Virus record (IMG/VR): IMGVR_UViG_3300044999_000017
Span: 1-50,490 of that record
Length of the DNA: 50,490 nucleotides
DNA from: a virus
Taxonomy: Duplodnaviria; Caudoviricetes
Direction: 5' to 3' (one strand)
Made by a program: the position numbers and the translations under genes. Below the pieces are notes generated by a model. It did no database searches. It was given only the letters and a program-made list of their open reading frames with translations, and was not told the origin of the DNA. Below are positions 25,942-34,375 of this stretch, in pieces (position 1 is the first letter of the stretch; every line of letters begins with the position of its first letter).

Positions 25942-27985
25942 CCTTCTGCCCCTTCTGAACTATTTCCAACCCCTTCAACAAGCCGTCCAAGTGGTTTTTC
26001 TTGGCGGCAATCTTCATTTCGATCAGTGCTATTTCGTGCCCAGTGGCAACACCTTTGGCATCGGCCATCAGCTTCTCCGCTTGGGCATAGAGCTTCATGA
26101 TGTCGGCCGTGTTGTGCGCGACCTCCATCTGCATTTCCAGCTTCGTAGTCTGCTGCTCGGTCTGGAAGCGTATTCTTTCCAGCTCGAACTCCTTGTCCTT
26201 CCGCTGTTGCTCCATCATCTTCGGATTGGGCATCGGTGGAAAGTCTTTGGCCGGGACCATCTTCTTCGGATCCTGCGGGTCCGGCTGCTGCGGTGGCGGC
26301 AGGATTTCCTCGATGTTGGGAATCCGCATCGCGCGGTAGAGTCTCAGGGTCGCCTGATAACGGTTGTGTCCGGGGACTTGTAAAGAGTTGGCAAAGACCA
26401 GCTTCGCCTGCTCGATCGACTGCACGTCGGAAACGATGTGCGGATCGGCGGCGGGACGAATATCGGTCGATGGGCCGAGGTAATCGTCCGGTCGGACAAT
26501 GGCACCCTTGCCGCTGGTCAAGTCCTCGAACTGAGCGTCCTTGTCGAGAAACAGCGAATTCAGATCGTAGCGGATCCGGTATTCCTCGCGCATGCAGCGC
26601 CAGTCGCGCTTGTAGATGCCGCGATAGACTCTGGCCCCATTCTCGTTCAAAGTCCTGGTCGTCTCGGCTGGCGTGTTCTGGCCTGGATTCTCACCCATCT
26701 GAATGTCGGTAGCGCTGACAATCCGTTCTGCATATTGAGTCAGGAAGCCGATCATCTGGAACAGTACTGCACTCGGCTCTCGAACGGGCAGCGGGATGAT
26801 GCTCTTGCGAAGATCGTCTCCAGGAGCGTCGACCGGATACCACATGTTGGGCTGAAAGCTGATCGGCCCTCCCTTGCCCTTGAAACCACGGCCCAGGAAA
26901 CCACCGCCAAGAGTCGCCATCGTGCCGGCATCGAAAATCTGGTTGATCGCCGTGTCAACACTCTCGTTGAGAGGACCAAGAATGGAACCCAGCCCTATGT
27001 CGTAAAAGCCGCCATCGGGAGAAGGAATGAAACCGTACTTGGTAAAGACACTTACCGGCTTGATCTTGTAGACCTTGTCGCCCTTTTGCCAACGCTCGCC
27101 GGCAAGGTTTCTAATCCCGCTCGGTAGAAAACGTGGAGCAATGCGACGTACCGCGCCGGAAGCAATATCGAAGGTGACGATGTACGGCTCTTCGTAGCCA
27201 TCGCCGTCGAGATCCCACCAGCAGTATTGCTCGGCGGTGAAATAGGGAGTGATGCGTTCCTCGACTTCCGGCTCAGTCGTTCCCTGTCGTTCATTCATCG
27301 CCTCGCTGATCTCGTCGGCCTCGGCTCTTGCCGGCTCGGCCTTGACCTCGACAAACCTTCCATCGAGCTCGCGCTGCTTAATGTTGTTGCTGTTGAGATA
27401 GAAAGTGTGGGTGTAACGCGGAGAGTCCGCGAGATGCTTGGTCCAGTAGTTGACCACGAAATTCTTCGGCAGCACCAGCATGGAGATTATCTTGCCCGGC
27501 CCTGGCTCGTAGACCGTCTTGATGAAAGCCGATCCAGCAATCGCCTGCACCAGAAACAATTTGTCGTGCTCCTCCTCCCACGCCTCATCCTGCTCGAGAC
27601 ACTGCCAACTCATGTGGGTCGACACCCGCTTGGCGCGCAACGACTTCATGCCGTCAGGGTCATCACCAAAGACCCGGCACTTGACCAGATCATTACCGTC
27701 AACCAGCGACGGATAAGCCTTGGCGTGATACTGCAAAGCAGCAACGGTGATCAGCGGGAACTTGACTGATGCCGCTCCCGGCCAGGGAGTCGTCTTCTCC
27801 TCGTAAACCTGAAGCGCGAGCCGGTTCGACTGCGCCTGCCGATCCTCCCACTCGCGGCGCGAGGTCAGGTCGTCGTGATAGCCATCCAACGCTGCGGAAC
27901 CGATCTCCTTTACATCGTCCTCATCCATGACCTTGATGAGATTGGCGGCGCCAACGATCTTGTCGAGCGAGAGTTTGCGGTTCAT
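25817..27985 (-). CDS. portal protein
   Basis: 722 aa after TerL; K..PW.GA..V.FP, DLD.DGY.EPY.VT and F.KY.F.P..DG.FY..G.G motifs; C-terminal coiled-coil barrel. Confidence 0.9.
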   Translation of the reverse strand: MNRKLSLDKIVGAANLIKVMDEDDVKEIGSAALDGYHDDLTSRREWEDRQAQSNRLALQVYEEKTTPWPGAASVKFPLITVAALQYHAKAYPSLVDGNDLVKCRVFGDDPDGMKSLRAKRVSTHMSWQCLEQDEAWEEEHDKLFLVQAIAGSAFIKTVYEPGPGKIISMLVLPKNFVVNYWTKHLADSPRYTHTFYLNSNNIKQRELDGRFVEVKAEPARAEADEISEAMNERQGTTEPEVEERITPYFTAEQYCWWDLDGDGYEEPYIVTFDIASGAVRRIAPRFLPSGIRNLAGERWQKGDKVYKIKPVSVFTKYGFIPSPDGGFYDIGLGSILGPLNESVDTAINQIFDAGTMATLGGGFLGRGFKGKGGPISFQPNMWYPVDAPGDDLRKSIIPLPVREPSAVLFQMIGFLTQYAERIVSATDIQMGENPGQNTPAETTRTLNENGARVYRGIYKRDWRCMREEYRIRYDLNSLFLDKDAQFEDLTSGKGAIVRPDDYLGPSTDIRPAADPHIVSDVQSIEQAKLVFANSLQVPGHNRYQATLRLYRAMRIPNIEEILPPPQQPDPQDPKKMVPAKDFPPMPNPKMMEQQRKDKEFELERIRFQTEQQTTKLEMQMEVAHNTADIMKLYAQAEKLMADAKGVATGHEIALIEMKIAAKKNHLDGLLKGLEIVQKGQKDGNDGGAGVDGVEKSGGDQKAGGAAKGNGAGTPGGMAQPAL

Positions 27986-28088
27986 GTCACCACCAATGCA
28001 TCACGCGCGTACCGAAAACGAATATGGAAAAAGACAGTGCGCCCACAGACACAACGAGCGAGGCTATAGCTAGTTTCAGATCGCTCAT

Positions 28089-29573
28089 CTAGTACCCCGT
28101 GATCAGTGAACGACCCTGACCAATGGTCTCGGTCGCATCCTTCTTCGCCTGCATCCAGGCTTCGAGCTCTTCGTCTTCCTCGCTGATCGGCGTCACCATC
28201 CGCTTCAAGCCCTGGCCAAGCCAGGCAATCGCGTCCACACAGTCATCGTTGCGACCGCGGGTTCCCTCTTGCGCAAACTCAAGAAGCTCCTGCTTCGCCT
28301 CCGGGAACCACGACGCTTTAGTATCCCAGCGCACACCACGCGCGCGCATGCGCGCTTGAATAGGCATCGCACGAATCGCTTTGTCCTTGGTCGGGATCAG
28401 ACCCGGACAAATGTTCAAGTACCCTTCCTCGCGCATGCGGATCTCTAGCGCGGCGTTCAGCGCCTTCAGAATCGCACCGTCCTCGATGAAATACTCCGCC
28501 GGCTCCCACGCCTCATTGATCGAATACATCTCGTCAATGATCTGGTTGCCATCCCAGCGCCCGCGGCGACGATCGACAATATGCAGGATTCCATGCTCGT
28601 CGAGCCCCCCCACAACTTGGACGGTGAAGTCGCGGTGCTCCTTGGTCGAAATAGCAAGGTCGCCGCCAACGTAGTAAGTCTTTGGGGTGTCGTACTCCTC
28701 ATCGCGCATCGGATGGAAGTCCTCCGGACGGAAGAACCCCGTCTCGGTGTCCATCGCGATGTTGCGGTACTCCATGTTGAAACCGGCGAGGTTATTAAGC
28801 GCTACGAAGCCGCGCTTCTTCTCCTCCAACCGCTGCTTGCTCCACATCTGCGGCCACAGAATCGAAGGTTCCGAAACCTCCTCGTCGCACGCTTCGTACA
28901 GCCGGCTCATCCATTCCTTGCTACCCAGCAGCCGCGACAACAGAGAGTCGTTGTGCAGGATGGTTCCGATCACCCGGATCTGCGTCTTGCGCCCGCCCAT
29001 CGGCATCAGGGAATTGGTGAACCACTTCAGCATTTTCTCCCGCCGCTCGATGCTCAAAACCTGCTCGTCGTCCTCCATGTCGTCGCAAATGATGAGCGAC
29101 GGTCGGATGGTTCCCCAAGCCCGCCCACGCAAACCTGCCTGCTCCGCGCCCACCGCCAACATCCGAAGTCGATAGCCGTCGGCCATCTCGGCAATGAAAT
29201 CGTCCTCGGTATCGCGAATAAATTTACTGAGCTTGAATATCTCCGTCAGCTTGCGGTTGTTCTGCAGCTCGTCCTTAGCGTGGGTAATCTTCTCGATCGC
29301 CAGGTCGCGGGTCCGACAAACCTTTAACTGAAATGGATGCCTCTTGTAAAGAGCCGCGGCGAGCCCGTAAGCATGATTGATCGAAGTGGTCTTGCTGTGC
29401 TCGCGCGGCGCCGCAAGAGCAATGCGCGGATGCTCCGAGGTCACCATCCGCCACCAATCCCGATGCATGTCGGTTATCGGCTGCGAATCGTTGTAGCGCT
29501 CGATCAGAAATGAATCGACAAAGCCTTCAACCGAATAACGGTTAAGCGGCGTCTCTTCCAAGTTCACCCTCAA
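28089..29573 (-). CDS. terL: terminase large subunit
   Basis: APREHSKTT Walker A variant, LIICDDMED Walker B, IGT motif III, GGDLA and NDDCVDA nuclease motifs. Confidence 0.92.
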   Translation of the reverse strand: MRVNLEETPLNRYSVEGFVDSFLIERYNDSQPITDMHRDWWRMVTSEHPRIALAAPREHSKTTSINHAYGLAAALYKRHPFQLKVCRTRDLAIEKITHAKDELQNNRKLTEIFKLSKFIRDTEDDFIAEMADGYRLRMLAVGAEQAGLRGRAWGTIRPSLIICDDMEDDEQVLSIERREKMLKWFTNSLMPMGGRKTQIRVIGTILHNDSLLSRLLGSKEWMSRLYEACDEEVSEPSILWPQMWSKQRLEEKKRGFVALNNLAGFNMEYRNIAMDTETGFFRPEDFHPMRDEEYDTPKTYYVGGDLAISTKEHRDFTVQVVGGLDEHGILHIVDRRRGRWDGNQIIDEMYSINEAWEPAEYFIEDGAILKALNAALEIRMREEGYLNICPGLIPTKDKAIRAMPIQARMRARGVRWDTKASWFPEAKQELLEFAQEGTRGRNDDCVDAIAWLGQGLKRMVTPISEEDEELEAWMQAKKDATETIGQGRSLITGY

Positions 29574-30084
29574 TCGTCTTCATGTTTTCCGGTTTCCGCC
29601 TCGCCAACTGCGCCAGAGCAGCCCAAATCTCCTGATTACTCGGCGCATCAGGATCAGACCCAATCTGCCCCTTCAGCCGATCGCCCAGCATCAGGTGACG
29701 GTGAATCGACTTGTCCATGATGTTGTTCAACTGCCACGCGGGGATCGGCCTGCGCGTCTCTTTCCCGTCTTCGTCATAAACCACGTCACCCAACAAAACC
29801 CGATCCAGCAACGCCCGCCCACTGGCAGCAATCACCCGCCCCAAAGTCGAATACGTCGCTATCTGCGAGTCCGCATCCAGCCGCCCAACAATCTCCCGCC
29901 AACCCTTCTTCCTGGTCCAGCCTCCCATCATCTGTACCGAAATACCCAGCTTCTCAGCAATTGCGTCGCTGTCGCCGGCAGCTATCCACATGCCAACCGC
30001 TTCGAGCAGCGCCTCATCACTGCACGTCCGCGGAATATCGGCCGGGCGCGTGAACGGCTGCTCGGTGGTCGCGAGATCGTTCAT
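29542..30084 (-). CDS. terminase small subunit (putative)
   Basis: N-terminal HTH (AIAEKLGIS....W...GW) directly upstream of terL. Confidence 0.7.
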   Translation of the reverse strand: MNDLATTEQPFTRPADIPRTCSDEALLEAVGMWIAAGDSDAIAEKLGISVQMMGGWTRKKGWREIVGRLDADSQIATYSTLGRVIAASGRALLDRVLLGDVVYDEDGKETRRPIPAWQLNNIMDKSIHRHLMLGDRLKGQIGSDPDAPSNQEIWAALAQLARRKPENMKTIEGELGRDAA

Positions 30085-30089
30085 CGGTC

Positions 30090-30140
30090 AATGCCCATGT
30101 GCATAGCGCGGACTGTGAGCGTCCACTAACCGTTTGTCAA
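30090..30140 (-). promoter_or_regulatory. late promoter candidate with operator AATGCC-CATG-TGCATA (30090-30105)
   Basis: Minus strand TTGACA (30140-30135)-17-CACAGT; palindrome lies just before the terS ATG. Confidence 0.6.
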
Positions 30141-30143
30141 TTC

Positions 30144-30254
30144 CTATGCCAGCAGCGGCCTAACGACGACAGCGAAGATCACCCCCAGGACGATCGCCAA
30201 CAACACCCAGTCGAACATCGGCACCCGCTTGATCGCCTCAATCAACTCATCCAT
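30144..30254 (-). CDS. 36-aa single-TM peptide
   Basis: Manual: MDELIEAIKRVPMFDWVLLAIVLGVIFAVVVRPLLA with GGAG RBS. Confidence 0.55.
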   Translation of the reverse strand: MDELIEAIKRVPMFDWVLLAIVLGVIFAVVVRPLLA

Positions 30255-30710
30255 CTCACGCTCCATGTTAGTGCCCACTTACAGAACGACCGAAAAGTAT
30301 GGGCGGGATTGCAGATAGCAATACCCAATTTCTCACACGAACAGATTTTCCCCTCCCCACCCCTGCCCGAGCTGCGCCTGGTATGTCCCTCTGTCGTGGA
30401 CATAGCCTGGCTCTAGTTGACATAACACTTTACACATTATGCGCAACTCATGATCATAAGCTATGTATATCAATAGCTTGTGAGTGCGCTCATAACCGCG
30501 TCCATGCTGTAGAGCCTGTTGTCCACCCCGTTCTGCAGGAGCATGACAAGGCTTACCGCTCACCAACGGTCGCCAGGTCGAGATCGTCGTGGACAATTTC
30601 AACCTCCGTTCAGCAATGATCTACTGTCGGGCAAAGTCTACATGCTCTTGCTCAGTCTGCTCAATGCTCACGCGCACAGGTTACATAGTACCTGTGTGCG
30701 CGAGAGCAAG

Positions 30711-30765
30711 ACTTGTGCGCCATTGTGCGGTACTTGTGCGTACTTGTGCAGGGTTTACTTGTGCA
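30711..30765 (+). repeat. tandem (AC)TTGTGC repeats in a long non-coding region
   Basis: acttgtgc at 30711, 30732, 30742 and 30757, plus cattgtgc at 30721. Confidence 0.75.
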
Positions 30766-30889
30766 GATGTTTAGTGGCGTATTTGGGCGTCAGAATGTGA
30801 CGCTCTATGTAGCGTGAGTGACTGCTGACTTATGCCTATGTGCCTGATATCTGCTATATAGCGTTAGTGGCATTGATTGTGCTTTGAAC

Positions 30890-30905
30890 TATGCATACAG
30901 GCATT
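30890..30905. promoter_or_regulatory. operator-like palindrome TATGCA-TACA-GGCATT
   Basis: Consensus match 45 nt upstream of the plus-strand operon starting at 30950. Confidence 0.7.
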
Positions 30906-30949
30906 GAGTCTGTATCGGCCGCCAAGCCGATCACTAAAGGGGTACTCCA

Positions 30950-31183
30950 ATGGAACTCGACGGATTCAGCGCTTCGCTGTTGGACAAACAGCCGCAGTTT
31001 ACCCACGTTTGCAGCGCATGGGACGTGGTGACGTTCTTCGGTCAATGGCTGGACCAGCAAAGGTTTGAACTGACGCCCGAAGAGATTACATCGCTCGTCG
31101 AAATCGTTTGCGCTGATCCTGAGTATTGGGGCAATTCGACGATGATGCGCTTGTACGACAACGTGCACGGAATGCACAACTAA
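30950..31183 (+). CDS. hypothetical early protein
   Basis: 77-aa ORF with AAGGGG RBS. Confidence 0.6.
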   Translation: MELDGFSASLLDKQPQFTHVCSAWDVVTFFGQWLDQQRFELTPEEITSLVEIVCADPEYWGNSTMMRLYDNVHGMHN

Positions 31184-31228
31184 CGGTGTTCGGTTTGCCG
31201 CGCCAACGGCACAACGAAAGGGAAGATC

Positions 31229-31543
31229 ATGGACAGGATCACCATTAAGCATCTGCGCTCGATGTGCGACACCCTTAACCGCCGCACGGGTTCGCCGATG
31301 ACGCCTTACGTCAAGGATGAGAACGGGCATAACGTGGGCCAGATCGGTTGCTACATCATCGACTGCGCATACGGAGGGTATCAGCTTGCGCGGATCATGA
31401 ACGAAGGGGGAGGGCAGACTGCGCCGCTCGGGCTGGGGTTCGGTACTGCGCGCGAGCTGTACGACAAGATGCGCGCCTACAACGCTGGTATGGACGATGC
31501 CATTGAAGATTTTAGGTATCCGCGCTCAAAGGTTGGATCATGA
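31229..31543 (+). CDS. conserved phage early protein
   Basis: RIT.K.L......LN......PY...G.Y....AYGGY.L....NE.GG motif. Confidence 0.75.
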   Translation: MDRITIKHLRSMCDTLNRRTGSPMTPYVKDENGHNVGQIGCYIIDCAYGGYQLARIMNEGGGQTAPLGLGFGTARELYDKMRAYNAGMDDAIEDFRYPRSKVGS

Positions 31544-31923
31544 ACCAATCGCGCGCTACCTACTGGCTCTTATCCGCATCGAACAAGGCCCGGCGGGCGA
31601 GTGCTCAAGTACGGGCCATGGTCGCCAAGGCTGTCGAGCGCTTCTTTGAGTTCTGCGAAGAGCTGCGTCTGGTCGCCATTGAGATAGGCTGGGCTGAATA
31701 TGGCGGCAGTATTATTCGCGATCCCGACACTGGTGAGGTATGCGGCCGTACGCCTTGGGTGCCCCGTTCTGAGTTATGGCCTGGTCGGCCCGATAAGGCG
31801 CTGACCGAGAAGCAGGCCCATGCTGCGCTGCGCAAGGCTCAGGATGGTGACAAGCTATCGCCGATCGAGGGTCGCTTTGTGCGTCACGTCTGCCTGACCA
31901 TGTGCGATCGGATGGCAGCATGA
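31540..31923 (+). CDS. hypothetical protein
   Basis: ATGA-coupled 127-aa ORF. Confidence 0.6.
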   Translation: MNQSRATYWLLSASNKARRASAQVRAMVAKAVERFFEFCEELRLVAIEIGWAEYGGSIIRDPDTGEVCGRTPWVPRSELWPGRPDKALTEKQAHAALRKAQDGDKLSPIEGRFVRHVCLTMCDRMAA

Positions 31924-32156
31924 ACCACACGACGGGTGCCCAACGCATCAACGCACGGCGCGACAAGATTTACGCGCAAAGGGACAAGCTCGCCGCCGCA
32001 CAAGCAAAGCGTCTATCCGACGCAGCGCCGGAATATCTGCGGACGGCGCACGCCCTGCTTAATGCCCTGTACGCCGAGTACCCGGAAAAGTTGCCATTCT
32101 ATTGCCGCGACGCCGCGCAAGAGCTGCTTGACGTTCTCGACAAGGTGAACGCATGA
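31920..32156 (+). CDS. hypothetical protein
   Basis: ATGA-coupled; RLSDAAPEYL resembles the phage ARLIAAAPELL motif. Confidence 0.6.
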   Translation: MNHTTGAQRINARRDKIYAQRDKLAAAQAKRLSDAAPEYLRTAHALLNALYAEYPEKLPFYCRDAAQELLDVLDKVNA

Positions 32157-32285
32157 GCCGCAGTCCGGGCAAGGCACAATAGGCGAAGCCCGCAAGGCGC
32201 CAACCTCGCGAGCTTCTGACCGCAAGCGACGGAAAGGGTAAGCACGCTTGCGGCTGTTGATAGTGTACCGTTTAGATCGAAAGGG

Positions 32286-32489
32286 ATGAATATGGAATCA
32301 ATGCTTATCGTTACCGGCTGGGGGCTCGCGCTGGTATTTTGTGTGCTGTTTCTGGCGATGCGGTTTCAGCGTGACAACGCCATCGCCGCAGCGCATCGTG
32401 GGTGCGATTTGGCGAAAACAGCTACCGATGACCACGCCGACTTTGTGTGCTATGTCGAGACCGAACTCATGCCGCGGCTCCGCTCATGA
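32286..32489 (+). CDS. small membrane-anchored protein
   Basis: N-terminal TM helix. Confidence 0.55.
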   Translation: MNMESMLIVTGWGLALVFCVLFLAMRFQRDNAIAAAHRGCDLAKTATDDHADFVCYVETELMPRLRS

Positions 32490-32692
32490 TCCGCCAATCG
32501 GAGAAGGTAACGCAAGCCCTGGCGCTGGTCGCTGGTGGAATGACGCCCTACGCTGCAGCAAGGCAGATGGGTATAGCCTTGAGTACTATTTATCGGGCAC
32601 AGAGGCGTCAGCTAGGTAAATATATGGGACTTATATACATGACTCCCTACCGTTCGTCGGATAGTTTGCATATAGCTCCGTTAGGTACTTGA
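32486..32692 (+). CDS. small HTH protein whose 3' end runs into the IS
   Basis: GMTPYAAARQMGIALSTIYRA HTH; frame enters the IS left end at 32626. Confidence 0.65.
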   Translation: MIRQSEKVTQALALVAGGMTPYAAARQMGIALSTIYRAQRRQLGKYMGLIYMTPYRSSDSLHIAPLGT

Positions 32693-32717
32693 CTCCCTCG
32701 ATGAATTGGCCTATTCT
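32689..32717 (+). promoter_or_regulatory. IS-internal sigma70 promoter
   Basis: TTGACT-17-TATTCT ending 6 nt before ATG 32724. Confidence 0.65.
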
Positions 32718-32723
32718 CCAAGC

Positions 32724-32933
32724 ATGAGCCAAGCAACCAAACCAGCCGTTCAAATGCAAGGAAAATGCATCTGCGAACGGCATGATGGCGGCTGGCTTGT
32801 GATGACACCCGATGGCGCCGTGCGCTGGGTGGCCGCAAAAGCGACCGCCGAGCGTCACTGCAAATCGTGGTTCTGGATTCACAATGACACCACCAAAATC
32901 GGGTGGGGAACAATCGAATGGAGAAAGTCATGA
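32724..32933 (+). CDS. IS passenger hypothetical protein
   Basis: MSQATKP...IEWRKS, coupled to the next ORF. Confidence 0.6.
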   Translation: MSQATKPAVQMQGKCICERHDGGWLVMTPDGAVRWVAAKATAERHCKSWFWIHNDTTKIGWGTIEWRKS

Positions 32934-33199
32934 ACCTCCCAAAATGCGAACGCGACCCGACGCTGCGCCACTTGGCAGGAACGGATGCAACGCTGGAATC
33001 GAACATCGTGCGCCGCCTCGGTTACAAGACCGAATTCCGCTATACCGTGTGGCAACAGGGCAGGAACATGGGAACCATCCACAAGGACGGTCGGCACTAC
33101 TGGATAAAGCCCCGGGGCTACAACACAACCGACCACAATCCGCTGATCGAGCGGACGCTTTTGAACGCAGCGCGTACCTTGCTGGAATTGGCGTCATGA
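32930..33199 (+). CDS. IS passenger hypothetical protein
   Basis: MNLPKCE...; GGAG RBS; ATGA overlaps on both sides. Confidence 0.65.
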   Translation: MNLPKCERDPTLRHLAGTDATLESNIVRRLGYKTEFRYTVWQQGRNMGTIHKDGRHYWIKPRGYNTTDHNPLIERTLLNAARTLLELAS

Positions 33200-34116
33200 A
33201 CGATCACCTAACCATCAGCACGTTCCAACTGTTCCAGATGTTTCCCGACGCGGAGTCGGCGCGGACGTACCTGGAATCGCGCCGCTGGCCGCAAGGGCCG
33301 CGCTGCCCGGTATGCGGCCTGACGGACCGGATCACCGTGCGCAAGGACGGTTACTACCGCTGCGGTCAGTGCAAAGAGGATTTCACGGTCCGTACCGGGA
33401 CGATCTTCGAGCGCAGCCATGTCCCGCTGCACAAGTGGCTGTATGCCATGTACCTGCTCGTCACGGCGCGCAAGGGCATCAGCAGCCTGCAACTGTCGAA
33501 GGAAATCGGGATCACGCAAAAGTCCGCATGGTTCGTTCTCAGCCGCGTCCGCGAGGCGTTGGGCTCTGATCTGAAAGTGCTGCAAGGCATCGTCGAAGTG
33601 GACGAAACCTATATCGGCGGGAAGGAATCGGCCAAGCACGAAGGCAAGAAACTGAAAATGGGGCGCGGTGCCGTGGGAAAAGCCGCCGTCCTCGGCATGC
33701 GTGAGCGCGGCGGACGAACCGTCGCCATGCCGGTCGAGGACGTAGACACAGTCAACCTGCACCGCGCGATCCACGCGCATATCGAAGTCGGAAGCATGAT
33801 CCACAGCGACGAGCACGCAGCCTATCGCGGCCTTGGCGGGTTGTTCTTTGGCCGCGAGACAGTCAACCACAGCGCTGGCGAATACAGCCGCAACGGCGTC
33901 CATGTCAACGGTATCGAGAGTGTTTGGGCGGTCATGAAGCGTGGCGTCCACGGCGTCTACCATCAAGTCAGCCCGAAGCACCTTGGCCGCTACGTCAACG
34001 AGTTCGCGTTCCGGCTGAACGAAGGCAACGTCAAGATTCGGACGCTGGCGCGGCTCGACGCCATGATCGCACTCGCTGGCAATCGCCGGATCACGTACAA
34101 GGAGTTGACGGCATGA
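33196..34116 (+). CDS. IS1595-family DDE transposase
   Basis: CPVCG..RCGQC Zn ribbon, KGISSLQL HTH, VEVDETYIGG, IHSDE, NGIESVW, YVNEFAFRLN. Confidence 0.95.
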   Translation: MNDHLTISTFQLFQMFPDAESARTYLESRRWPQGPRCPVCGLTDRITVRKDGYYRCGQCKEDFTVRTGTIFERSHVPLHKWLYAMYLLVTARKGISSLQLSKEIGITQKSAWFVLSRVREALGSDLKVLQGIVEVDETYIGGKESAKHEGKKLKMGRGAVGKAAVLGMRERGGRTVAMPVEDVDTVNLHRAIHAHIEVGSMIHSDEHAAYRGLGGLFFGRETVNHSAGEYSRNGVHVNGIESVWAVMKRGVHGVYHQVSPKHLGRYVNEFAFRLNEGNVKIRTLARLDAMIALAGNRRITYKELTA

Positions 34117-34346
34117 GCTACCCGCTGACGAAGGTTTGCTTCGACCGTTGGCGGCACATGGAGTGGAAAGCCGTACTCGACGAAATGGCCGTGTTGTTCC
34201 ATCTTGCCGTCCAGATCGACAAGGTAAAAGGCTTGCTCGACGCTGCCGTGGACAAGGTACTGGCGCACAAACCGAAGCCAAAATCGAAGCCCGCGCGCAA
34301 GCGCGCCCGTCGCGCGAAGAAGATCGCGCAGGCCGCTGATGTTTAA
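34113..34346 (+). CDS. IS passenger protein with basic tail
   Basis: MSYPLTK...KPKPKSKPARKRARR; ATGA-coupled to the transposase. Confidence 0.6.
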   Translation: MSYPLTKVCFDRWRHMEWKAVLDEMAVLFHLAVQIDKVKGLLDAAVDKVLAHKPKPKSKPARKRARRAKKIAQAADV

Positions 34347-34375
34347 GGGGCGCGGGAGTCATGTATATAAGTCCC

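Larger units (their letters stand above)
32626..34375 (+). mobile_element. IS1595-family element with passenger genes (1750 bp)
   Basis: Perfect 22-bp terminal IRs gggacttatatacatgactccc (32626-32647 and 34354-34375) enclosing a transposase and 3 small ORFs. Confidence 0.92.

Noticed and set aside
30711-30765. CRISPR or mini-CRISPR array
   Set aside because: Repeats are 8 bp with 2-7 nt gaps; no spacer-sized units and no cas genes
32812-33195. N-terminal extension making a 434-aa transposase
   Set aside because: Transposase motifs begin at ATG 33196; the upstream region is better explained by two coupled passenger ORFs in other frames
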